Origin: Candidatus Heimdallarchaeota archaeon
GTDB lineage: Archaea; Asgardarchaeota; Heimdallarchaeia; Hodarchaeales; Hodarchaeaceae
Reading direction: 5' to 3'
DNA: 64,000 nt
Assembly: GCA_020353515.1 (NCBI GenBank)
Contig: CP070695.1
Span: 4,785,414-4,849,413, forward strand
This document shows, piece by piece, positions 49,973-59,211 of this stretch. Each line of letters opens with the position of its first letter. The stretch's first letter is position 1. Made by a program: the position numbers and the translations under genes. The notes beneath the pieces are model-generated. The model saw nothing but the letters and a program-made list of their open reading frames with translations, was not told where the DNA came from and made no database searches.

Positions 49973-51037
49973 TTAGTGCATTATACAAGCCATTATTCCT
50001 TTTTGAGCATGAAGTCTGTTTTCTGCTTGATCAAAGATAATAGATCGGGGGCCATCGGCAACCTCGTCATCTACTTCCATTCCTCGATCTTGGGGGAGAC
50101 AATGCATGTAGTATCCGCGTCCTTTCTTGGTGACGTCCATTAATTCAGTTGTCGTCTTCCAGTCTGTATATTTGTTCATGATTTCTGGCATGATTTCTGG
50201 TTTCGCGGGTCTTACTCCTTCAATCCCGTGGGCTTCTAACACTCCCCAGCTCTTGGGATATACAAAATCTGCTTCTTCAAACCCGGTTTTCATATCTCGT
50301 TCAATTGTAAATGATCCGCCATAAATATCAGCATGCTCTTCTACCTTTTTGATGATATCAGGATGTAGATCGAATTCGGGAGGACAAGCTAATGTGACAT
50401 CCATCCCAAACATCGATGGGGCTAGAACGCCTGTTTGAGGGACAGCCATTGGTTTTTGACCTGCAGAATATGCCCAACTCATTACGAACTTTTTTCCTTG
50501 CAATTTGTTGAAATCATGACTGCATTTCTCGTATATGGTCATGATATCGGCCATTCCTTGGCAGGGGTGATACACATCAGATTCCATATTGATAATTGGT
50601 TTTTTACTCCAATAGGCAAAGTTTTCTTGGATTTGTTGTCCTTTACCATAGATCCAGTTACATTTACTGCCATAAATACGTATAGCAATGGCATCACCCA
50701 TCCGAGACAGGACACGTGAAACATCAGATACCCTCTCTGTTTCATAAGCAATCTCATCGCCTGGTAATGCTGGGGTGTAGATAGCACCAGGTTGGAGAAA
50801 GTGTGCATGACCACCTAATTGAGTCATCCCTGCCTCAAATGAATTTCGGGTTCGAAGAGAATCATTATAAAATATCATAAATAGAGTTCGACCAGGGAGG
50901 ATGTGTCGGTGATCCTCATATGCAACAAAGCGCTTTTTTAAATCAATTCCAACAAGTAACATGGTCTCGATTTCTTCTCGTGTGAAATCAACCATTGTGA
51001 GGAAATCTCGTCCTTTCAAGTCTTCTGTAGTTACCAT
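49973..51037 (-). CDS. YgeW-like / knotted carbamoyltransferase
   Basis: SLRTR, HPCQ, SWAYS..QKP.AVPQ, YPKSW and YMHCLP, as in YgeW/acetylornithine transcarbamylases. ATG 51037 preferred. Confidence 0.85.
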   Translation of the reverse strand: MVTTEDLKGRDFLTMVDFTREEIETMLLVGIDLKKRFVAYEDHRHILPGRTLFMIFYNDSLRTRNSFEAGMTQLGGHAHFLQPGAIYTPALPGDEIAYETERVSDVSRVLSRMGDAIAIRIYGSKCNWIYGKGQQIQENFAYWSKKPIINMESDVYHPCQGMADIMTIYEKCSHDFNKLQGKKFVMSWAYSAGQKPMAVPQTGVLAPSMFGMDVTLACPPEFDLHPDIIKKVEEHADIYGGSFTIERDMKTGFEEADFVYPKSWGVLEAHGIEGVRPAKPEIMPEIMNKYTDWKTTTELMDVTKKGRGYYMHCLPQDRGMEVDDEVADGPRSIIFDQAENRLHAQKGIMACIMH

Positions 51038-51145
51038 GATAATCAGTTTCCTTTGAGGAGATTTATTCAAATTTATTTGTGAGAGTTTCCAATAGGATCA
51101 ATAGAAGAGCTTATCGATGATTGAATTGTTATTAGATCTGAGAAA

Positions 51146-51934
51146 TTAGTAAGTGGATTCACTATCGTTTGGAGCACAACAAGAAGGAGAAGAAAAATAT
51201 CCTTGAGAGACCTCCAATAATGATGTTTCTGTTGTCCAAATTGCGTGCCAATGATTTGTATTCCAGTTGGAGATCGTCAGTAAAATTTTGTCATCAACAA
51301 TGAGAAAAAAGCAAATACAACTGATTGCCTGATAACTAAATGGAAAGTCTTGTGTTGGTAAGTTTTGGTGATAGAACCCAAGAGATAAGTCGGAAAGTCT
51401 CTCCTGAGCATGTGTGATAGATTTTTCAAGAGGATAAAACAGCTCTTTGTTTGGCATCATTAATGTTATGCTTGAAGTCGCCTCATCGATTAACCGTTTT
51501 GCATGGTTAAATATGTTGGATTTTCCTTTTATTATATAGGCAATTTTTGGCGATTCTTCGTGATCCTGATAAATAGGTACCAGTGATTCGATTAATTTAT
51601 CTATGGAAGCCATTCTTCTTGTAAACTCTGTTTTGAAGATTGTTCGTAAATTTTCCATTGCTTCAATTGGATGAACTGCAATGAATTTCTTTGGTACTCC
51701 TTCTTGAAGGATGATCAAGCCCTTTTTCTGTAAATTATCCATAGTCCGATAGATTTTACTATCAGGGATTCCCGTTTTTTCAACCAACTTACTCGCAGTT
51801 GCAGTCTCCAACGGTAATAAAGCGATATATGCTCTTGCTTCATTCCTAGTCAGATTTGTTTCCATTAGATCATCGATTAATCGTTTTTCTAGTTGATCAG
51901 CTCCCATTGATACTCTACTAACGGGTTCGGACAA
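51146..51934 (-). CDS. TrmB-family transcriptional regulator with C-terminal Cys pairs
   Basis: LT.NEA.AY.ALL, TGIP.SKIY..M..L..KGL and G.PK.F.A..P. Start is probably TTG 51934 or ATG 51907; the ORF-track start 52030 overlaps arsM. Confidence 0.88.
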   Translation of the reverse strand: MSEPVSRVSMGADQLEKRLIDDLMETNLTRNEARAYIALLPLETATASKLVEKTGIPDSKIYRTMDNLQKKGLIILQEGVPKKFIAVHPIEAMENLRTIFKTEFTRRMASIDKLIESLVPIYQDHEESPKIAYIIKGKSNIFNHAKRLIDEATSSITLMMPNKELFYPLEKSITHAQERLSDLSLGFYHQNLPTQDFPFSYQAISCICFFLIVDDKILLTISNWNTNHWHAIWTTETSLLEVSQGYFSSPSCCAPNDSESTY

Positions 51935-51991
51935 AGCATTTTCTTCCTTTTTTCTACTCACCCTCGGTAGAAGAACCTTAAAAATCTTTCC

Positions 51992-51999
51992 TTTATATA
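51992..51999. promoter_or_regulatory. TATA box (TTTATATA) in trmB/arsM divergent intergenic region
   Basis: Archaeal TATA consensus about 23 nt upstream of the arsM ATG. Confidence 0.5.
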
Positions 52000-52021
52000 T
52001 AGTAAATAGGTGTATGATGCA

Positions 52022-52795
52022 ATGAGTCAATTCAAGAAAGAAATTAAAAAGACCTATACGAACGCATTAAACCAACGTCTTCAAACACAACTCAGTGAAC
52101 AATCTAGTTGTTGTTCTCCGTCATCAACATCAGATGAAAGCAATGATTTAACACAAACTGATTGTTGTCCTCCTACAGCAACTGAAACGAAAAAGCAATC
52201 TACCATCCCTAGTTTTGGATGTGTTATCAATCTCGCTCAGAAAGCGAACATTCAAAAAGGTGATATCGTAATAGATCTTGGTAGTGGCGCTGGCCATGAC
52301 TTATTTCAAGCGGCAGATTTTGTAGGGCCTAATGGGAGAGCAATTGGGATTGATTTTACCCATGATATGATCATTGCAGGAATGAAAACTGCCATGGAAA
52401 AAGGCTATACTAATGTTGATTTCCGTCTTTCGGATATTGAGGAAATTAATATTCTCCCAGACAATTTTGCTGATGTTATTATCAGTAATTGTGTGATTAA
52501 TCTTACTATGGATAAAGGTGCCGTCTTCAAAGAAGCTTTCAGAATTCTTAAACCCGGTGGACGGCTGGTGGATGCAGATATCATTGCTGCCAATCAATTA
52601 CCTTCTGAAATTACCCAGGATCCTGAGACATGGTGTTCTTGCTTAGGTGGAGCATTAACAGAAGAAGGATACAGTGAAAAAATCAAAGAAGCTGGTTTTG
52701 AAGGAATTAAAGTGACTATATTTAGTGATTTCAAGTATCTGAATAATCAGTTTCACAGTGGTATTATTGAGGCACAGAAACCACTAAGTGACTAA
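52022..52795 (+). CDS. arsM: Arsenite S-adenosylmethionine methyltransferase
   Basis: N-terminal CC pairs, SFGC, DLGSGAG, ISNCVINL and WCSCLGGAL. Confidence 0.85.
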   Translation: MSQFKKEIKKTYTNALNQRLQTQLSEQSSCCSPSSTSDESNDLTQTDCCPPTATETKKQSTIPSFGCVINLAQKANIQKGDIVIDLGSGAGHDLFQAADFVGPNGRAIGIDFTHDMIIAGMKTAMEKGYTNVDFRLSDIEEINILPDNFADVIISNCVINLTMDKGAVFKEAFRILKPGGRLVDADIIAANQLPSEITQDPETWCSCLGGALTEEGYSEKIKEAGFEGIKVTIFSDFKYLNNQFHSGIIEAQKPLSD

Positions 52796-52996
52796 TTCCT
52801 CAAATTTTTCTTTTTCTTTTATTTTTGTTCTGACTTTAGTTTGGGCTGATTCTAGAAATTTACAAATAGCCTGTTTCCCCTTTTGCCACTTTCTATTATT
52901 ATAAATATTTTAGTGTAATAAATGTCAACAAAACTGTAAGAATATAATTTCAACATATCCAACTTTATTACTAAATCTCCTTATCTAAATCAAATT

Positions 52997-55900
52997 TTGG
53001 GCTATTTATCTGGTGGTTTCATGAATATTTCCATTATTAAGGACAAAGATAACTTTGAAGGAATAATTCGACCGATTAATACTGGTGTTGATTCACAAAA
53101 ATTAGCCGATTTTTTCAATGCAATTGATGATTTGTGGCCAGGAACATGGACTCAAGGAATCAAGTATGATGAAAAACGTGCTAAGGAATTTATTGAAAAA
53201 AGAAAAGCTCTTGAATGGTTCGTTGCTTTCGATCCTCAAGATCGTTTAGTTGGTTTTTGTTCTGTTCACAAACGTATGGAAGAACCTAATGTTTCATACA
53301 TTGGTGTTTTAGGTGCTCACCCTGAAGTTCTAGGAAAAAAATATGGTAAGCATCTCCTCCTCACTGCTGTTGATTTTAGTGTGAAAAATGGGGATGTACG
53401 GCAAGATCTGCACACTTGGCCCTCAAATATGAAAGCTGTTCCTCTTTACAAGAAGATTGGCCTTCAATGGGTTCCTGATACATCAGTATACATGCAGAAC
53501 TATATTCCTATCATTTTGCAGAATTCCTTCTGTAAACCGTTTTTTGATAAACATCCTGATTGGTATCTCGATCAGAAGCGTGATGTGACGCAAGCTCCTG
53601 ATGAGCAGACCCTAGGATCTATGAAAGTTTTTTATTATCGCTTTGAAAAAGGGGAAGACTTTCTTGAAGTTATCATTGATCGTTACAGTCGTTCCATTGT
53701 TGGTATTACCAGAAAAATAGACGGGGAATTAATTGGAATAACCTTACAACAAAAAGATCATGATGTTTTTGCTGGAATCAAGCATAAAGCCTCTCTTCTC
53801 ATAAAAAATGAATCCAGTAAAGAACTATCTGTCATCGTATCTATGGAGGGGTCTAAGGAAATCACTGTGAAAGCGAGTCAAGAGATCTTAACAGTTCCCA
53901 AGGGAAGAAAGACCCTTGAAAATACTTATGTTGTTGATGATATCACTTCAGATACTGATATTCAGAGAAAAACCCCCAGTATTAGAAGTCGTATTATTAT
54001 AGATGGAGAAGTCCTCACATTAGAGGCAGGTATGAAAGTTCGTCAGCTTATCGATATCATGATTTCAGATCAGGTTTGGTGGAGGCCTTCTGGAAAACAG
54101 GCTATTTCGATACATGTACAAAATCGGTCAGAAAAACCCATTGAAGGTGAATTGGTATTCTGGTCAATTAATGAGATTGAAATCCTCTCTCCTGTTATCC
54201 CAATTAAACTGGCTCCTGAAGAGAATATCGGTGTCGACGCTCAAATAGAAATCCCCACGAATGATGAAGACATTTTTACAACTCTATATTGTCAGGTTAA
54301 GATGGGGGATGTCAAGAGTAGAGTATTTGAACTCCCAATCTTCCTTTCCAATAATCAAGGATTAGCAGCTGGCATTCAACAGGATAAGAAGTGTGTTATC
54401 ATCCAAAACCAGTATATTCGTGGTGTTCTAAAACTAGAGGGAGCTAGCGTTGACTTTCGTACTCCTGATGAAACTTTAATGGGGGTAGGACTTCGTACAC
54501 TTGATTATGGTCCTCCTTTCGGTTTTAGTGAATTTAATCAAGTTGAATTTAGTCCGAAAATAATAGAAAAAAGAAATTCTATTCAGGTTAAACTTTCAAG
54601 GAGGGGACAATCTAAAGGAGATTTGTTTTTCCATCGAATTTTCGAATTAAAGGCAGGAGACCCTCACTTTGCCACATGGACAGAAGTTCAAAACTTAGGA
54701 ACTGTAGATGATCAGATAACTACTATTTTAGAACCTCACTTCACCCATGGGATAAATATGCCTCTTGGGGAAACCTATTTCGTTTTTGATGATCAACTCG
54801 TGTGTGGACCTGCCTTTTTCTGGCCTGCAGGAAAAGGAGACTTACCTGAAGGAACTGAAAGGTATGAACCATGGGTCTGTATGCAGCTAGGAGATGTTAG
54901 TTATTACCACATTTATGAAACTCATGACACTAAAGCAGATCCTAGTCGTAGTAAACTATCATCCCTTGAAAAACAGATCCAAATTCCAGCTCTCTCCTCA
55001 TGTAGCGGGCCAAAGAGCTGGATTGGATGTGGGAACATAGAATGGAAGAGAGTTCGTGAACTAGCATATTATTTGAGTAAAAATCAAGTATTGTCTCCAA
55101 TTCAGCAAAATATTGAACCAAAGTCATATCTTAATCTTGAGATACCAAAAAATCAATTACTTATTGGAAAGAAAATTTCTGAAATCCAAATAACGCTTAA
55201 ATCAATACGCCTAATGCCTTTGAATGGCCGTTTAATCATTGAGGTACCTAAAGGATGGACAATTACTCCAAACGAATTTGAAATTGCAAATTTAAACTTA
55301 AATAATTCCCAAGAATTCAAATGTAAATTGGAATTACCAAATAATGTCATTTTTGGGACTTTCAACCTAAATTTTATTATTGAGAGCCCAGAAAAAAGAG
55401 AAACTAGGCACATTCAATTTTTAGTTTTTGATGGCAAAGAAAAACCAGAAATTCTTGATCTTCCACCAGAATCGAATAAAAATTTGATCCTTGCTAGAAA
55501 TAATAACCTTGAAATTACGAGTTCAGGTGATTTTGCTGCTTGTTTAACTCAAATAAAGTATAACGGTCAACCATATTTACTATCTAATTTTCCAAACTAT
55601 TCTCCATCTATCTTTTTCTCAAAAGATCCTGGTGGTATGGTTAATTCGATTTTTCAAAGCGAACAAGATGATTTGGATGATCCATCCTACCTAAAAGAGA
55701 AATATGTATCTAAGAAAATCCAATCCGATCATTGGTCTGGAGTTGAATATTCTACAACTCTTCATGAAATAAAGTCATTAAAGGGATTAGCTATCAAAAT
55801 TGCATACGAGATATTAGGAGGAGACTCCAGTTTAATTCGCGTTCGAACAACGATTCATAATCCAACATCTGCTACGTTTCGAGCTATATCAGTCAGTTTA

Positions 55901-56242
55901 TTAAGTCCAGGAATTGATGGAAGCATAGAAAACATGGTTTCAAGATTTTCTATTGGGACTGAGGCTCCTTTTCAAGTTTCAAGAGATAATCCTGTACCTA
56001 TTTTCGGAGCTGGGCCAGATGAGATGGCTTATTTAACATTAGCAAAGGAAAATAACTCCCTTTCTGTCATAAAAACATCGTCAAGAACTAAATTAATTCC
56101 ACTTGACGCTGGAAAAATGATACTAGGAGCTGGATTTCTCACATTCTGGAGCTTAAGGCCCAACCAGACTGACGAAGTGTCCTACTTTATTTCTCTAAAC
56201 AGCAAGGAGGAATTTCTAAAGGATATTTCCCATATTTTTTAG
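52997..56242 (+). CDS. Large protein with N-terminal GNAT domain and beta-rich C-terminal domains
   Basis: YIGVLGAHP..LGKKYGK and LHTWPSNMKAVPLYKKIG. The start may be ATG 53021. Confidence 0.8.
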   Translation: MGYLSGGFMNISIIKDKDNFEGIIRPINTGVDSQKLADFFNAIDDLWPGTWTQGIKYDEKRAKEFIEKRKALEWFVAFDPQDRLVGFCSVHKRMEEPNVSYIGVLGAHPEVLGKKYGKHLLLTAVDFSVKNGDVRQDLHTWPSNMKAVPLYKKIGLQWVPDTSVYMQNYIPIILQNSFCKPFFDKHPDWYLDQKRDVTQAPDEQTLGSMKVFYYRFEKGEDFLEVIIDRYSRSIVGITRKIDGELIGITLQQKDHDVFAGIKHKASLLIKNESSKELSVIVSMEGSKEITVKASQEILTVPKGRKTLENTYVVDDITSDTDIQRKTPSIRSRIIIDGEVLTLEAGMKVRQLIDIMISDQVWWRPSGKQAISIHVQNRSEKPIEGELVFWSINEIEILSPVIPIKLAPEENIGVDAQIEIPTNDEDIFTTLYCQVKMGDVKSRVFELPIFLSNNQGLAAGIQQDKKCVIIQNQYIRGVLKLEGASVDFRTPDETLMGVGLRTLDYGPPFGFSEFNQVEFSPKIIEKRNSIQVKLSRRGQSKGDLFFHRIFELKAGDPHFATWTEVQNLGTVDDQITTILEPHFTHGINMPLGETYFVFDDQLVCGPAFFWPAGKGDLPEGTERYEPWVCMQLGDVSYYHIYETHDTKADPSRSKLSSLEKQIQIPALSSCSGPKSWIGCGNIEWKRVRELAYYLSKNQVLSPIQQNIEPKSYLNLEIPKNQLLIGKKISEIQITLKSIRLMPLNGRLIIEVPKGWTITPNEFEIANLNLNNSQEFKCKLELPNNVIFGTFNLNFIIESPEKRETRHIQFLVFDGKEKPEILDLPPESNKNLILARNNNLEITSSGDFAACLTQIKYNGQPYLLSNFPNYSPSIFFSKDPGGMVNSIFQSEQDDLDDPSYLKEKYVSKKIQSDHWSGVEYSTTLHEIKSLKGLAIKIAYEILGGDSSLIRVRTTIHNPTSATFRAISVSLLSPGIDGSIENMVSRFSIGTEAPFQVSRDNPVPIFGAGPDEMAYLTLAKENNSLSVIKTSSRTKLIPLDAGKMILGAGFLTFWSLRPNQTDEVSYFISLNSKEEFLKDISHIF

Positions 56243-56254
56243 GAAAGTTAAATG

Positions 56255-57526
56255 TTAAGATCTTACGTTATCAATCAAAATGGATTGAAGTTCAGAGATA
56301 TCTGGAGATATTGGAGGGGGCATAGAGATCTGCTTTAATAAGACTTTAGGATCTTTGAAACCAACCCCCGTTATAGGTATGACTACCCGATCTGATTGGT
56401 CAACCTTTCCAGATTCGACCAATTGCTCAAGACCAGCGAGTCCTGCGGTTCCTGATGGTTCACCGAAAATTCCTTCATATTGTGCTAACCACCGTTGGGT
56501 TCTGAGAATAGCTTCTTCTGATACAGCGACCGCAGTTCCAGAGCTATCATAAATAGCTGCTAATGCAGAGTCAGCATCCCAAGGATGAGGATCAGCAAGT
56601 CCTCCAGCCACGGTATGGGGAGATTTTTCCCAATCTTGAAATTTTAATGGTGATAATTTCTTTAACACCCCTTTAACAATCGGTGCACACTCATCAGGCT
56701 GTACCGCAATATGATGAGGAATAGAATGGATAAAATCAAGTTCTTCAAATTCCCTGAAGCCTCTATGAGTTCCTGCTAATAATCCTCCACTACCAGTAGC
56801 GAAAAATACCCAATCGGGTGGTTCCCAATCAAATTGTTCACATAATTCAAATCCCAGGCTTTTAGTTCCCTCGAATTGAAAGGGATTAAATGGACCAAAA
56901 GAAGGAGAAGGCATCCATTTAAAGGTTTCATAAGCCTTCTGAAAAAGTGTTACTGATGGATCTTGACCTTCCACTTCCTCCTTAACCCTAATTACTGTTG
57001 CTCCTAAATATGCTAGTTGGGATAATTTTCCTTCAGATACATGCTCAGGTACAAAGACAATGACTTTTTTTCCTGCTCTTGCACCATAAGTAGCTAGTGC
57101 TGCGGCTGCATTTCCAGATGAAGCTGCTGTTAAGACTTCAGCGCCTAATTCTACCCCTTTTGAAACTCCTACTGAAATAGGCCTATCTTTAAAGCTTCCT
57201 GAAGGATTTCCTGTTTCTACTTTGAAAAATAAATTCTTTAACCCGAATTTTTCTTTTCCTAAACGTCGAGATTGCAAAAGTGGAGTTCCTCCCTCGCCAA
57301 GATTAATGATATTTTGGTAACTACGGATAGGGAAAAACTCTCGATAGCGCCAATGACTGAATGGGCGTTTTTGTAGCATTTTTTGAGACACTTTTTCTTT
57401 TAATTTCTCATAATTGAAGTTTATTCGTAATCGGAACCCACAACCACAATTTTTTGTTATGAATTCCTCCTCTGGAATTATTTTGCTGCACTTTGGGCAT
57501 TTTAGAGAAGATTCATACATTGACAT
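56255..57526 (-). CDS. thrC: Threonine synthase-family PLP enzyme (fold type II)
   Basis: N-terminal Zn ribbon CPKC..CGC, LGEGGTPL, NPSGSFKDR (PLP Lys), ASSGNA, EG.K and TG.G.K. Actual substrate is uncertain. Confidence 0.85.
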   Translation of the reverse strand: MSMYESSLKCPKCSKIIPEEEFITKNCGCGFRLRINFNYEKLKEKVSQKMLQKRPFSHWRYREFFPIRSYQNIINLGEGGTPLLQSRRLGKEKFGLKNLFFKVETGNPSGSFKDRPISVGVSKGVELGAEVLTAASSGNAAAALATYGARAGKKVIVFVPEHVSEGKLSQLAYLGATVIRVKEEVEGQDPSVTLFQKAYETFKWMPSPSFGPFNPFQFEGTKSLGFELCEQFDWEPPDWVFFATGSGGLLAGTHRGFREFEELDFIHSIPHHIAVQPDECAPIVKGVLKKLSPLKFQDWEKSPHTVAGGLADPHPWDADSALAAIYDSSGTAVAVSEEAILRTQRWLAQYEGIFGEPSGTAGLAGLEQLVESGKVDQSDRVVIPITGVGFKDPKVLLKQISMPPPISPDISELQSILIDNVRS

Positions 57527-57571
57527 AACACATCTATTGGATAGGGTAAGACCTAGAAGGGAATAATATGT

Positions 57572-58927
57572 TCATATCTGTCTAGATATTCTCGGTGTAA
57601 GATCCAACCGCTCCCAGAGGGAGACAGCAGAATCCATGGATTGCTGACTTACATTTGTCGCATCAAGAGAGGTGTGAATACCATTTTTAACAACTGTTTG
57701 ACCGTTCACAATGACCCGCTTGACATCCCTTCGTGAAAATGATCCATAAACTAGATGTCCATAAATGTTATTTTCATGGATGGGTGTGGGTAACGCAGTA
57801 GTATCTAGAATTGTAAAGTCAGCTGCTTTTTCTTTCTCTATTGAACCAATCTGTTCTTTCAAACCTATAGCTTGGGCCGCATTTATTGTAATCATTTGTA
57901 CTACTTGCAATGGAGTGGGTAATTGACTTGGATTATGATGATTCAATTTATGCATGAGGTAGGCGGTTCTCATGTTTTCAATTGCGTCATAAATGAAACC
58001 ATCATTACCAACACCAATGTTTATTCCCTTTTGTATCATCTCTGGTATTTGAGCCACGCCAACTGCGTTTAATTCATTACTTTTAGGATTATGGGCCACA
58101 TTCGTACGTGTTTCAGCAATAAGATTCATTTCATGCTCATTAATATGCACAGCATGAGCCAATGCGGTTTTTGGACCAAGGAAGCCTTCATCATAAAGTC
58201 GTTCGACTGTTCGCTTTCCATATTTCTCTAAATTATGGTGTAAATCTGCTAGGCCTTCTGATGTATGAATTGTTTTGAAAGAATCTGTTTCTGACGCATA
58301 ATCAACAGTTTTATGTATTAATTCGTCTGAAACTGTGAAAGAAGCATGTAAACAATAGATTCCATTTACCAATGTTTTTTCAGGGTCATTTTGAGAGATA
58401 AAATGACGATTTTCTTCTAGACCTCTAATCCCTTCTTCAAAACTACGACGTTCTGTGACTTCAAAGCATATTACTCCTCTAATACCGACATCCTGTGTTG
58501 CCTTTGAAATGCGATGTAATGACCCCTCAATGGAATTTGGTCCTGAATATGTGTCTAAATATGCAGTTACTCCATTCAAAGCTAATTCATAAGTTGCATA
58601 TAAAGCAGAAGTATACGCATCCTCTAATGTGAGAGCCTCATCCATTGTCCACCATATACGTTGCAAATTCTGCGTAAAATCAGTAGGCGGATCAATTTGG
58701 AGTGGGGCTCCTCGTAATAATGCTGAATACAGATGTGTATGGGCACAGATAAATCCTGGAAACACCACTTGATTAGTACAATCAATGATAGAGTCAGCTT
58801 TCTCAGGAATATCTTTTCCGACCATCATGATCTTACCATCCTCCACTAATACATTTCCTTGGGGAATAACTTCGTTATTCGTATTCATAGTAACAATTAA
58901 GCCATTTTTGAGTAATAGACGCTCCAT
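57572..58927 (-). CDS. SsnA-like amidohydrolase
   Basis: PGFICAHTHLYSALLRG, F...L..IWW..D..L, LHASFT, IHTSEG..D, HNP.SN..NAVG and G.DG. Confidence 0.85.
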   Translation of the reverse strand: MERLLLKNGLIVTMNTNNEVIPQGNVLVEDGKIMMVGKDIPEKADSIIDCTNQVVFPGFICAHTHLYSALLRGAPLQIDPPTDFTQNLQRIWWTMDEALTLEDAYTSALYATYELALNGVTAYLDTYSGPNSIEGSLHRISKATQDVGIRGVICFEVTERRSFEEGIRGLEENRHFISQNDPEKTLVNGIYCLHASFTVSDELIHKTVDYASETDSFKTIHTSEGLADLHHNLEKYGKRTVERLYDEGFLGPKTALAHAVHINEHEMNLIAETRTNVAHNPKSNELNAVGVAQIPEMIQKGINIGVGNDGFIYDAIENMRTAYLMHKLNHHNPSQLPTPLQVVQMITINAAQAIGLKEQIGSIEKEKAADFTILDTTALPTPIHENNIYGHLVYGSFSRRDVKRVIVNGQTVVKNGIHTSLDATNVSQQSMDSAVSLWERLDLTPRISRQI

Positions 58928-59211
58928 TAATCTTTCTCCAGTTAATTTTTATTATAAAATCTCTTTTCCTAAAACTCTATTTTCTTTTCCCTAGTAGTAT
59001 TATTGTTCATATAACCCTCTTTTGTGATTTTTTATGTAAATCAAATAATGAATTATAACAAATTAGATAAAGTTGTTATTCTTCCTTTTTTTGTACTTCA
59101 GGATTTATCAAAGTTAAGATAGCTTCTCTGATTTTTGTATAAAGAACTTTAAAAGTATCATTGAAGTTGCTACTTGATAGAATCTCATTTAACCTAATGA
59201 GGAACTCAATA

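Noticed and set aside
51935-52030. Apparent overlap of trmB and arsM ORFs in the ORF track
   Set aside because: Caused by over-extended starts; better starts leave a normal divergent intergenic region with a TATA box.
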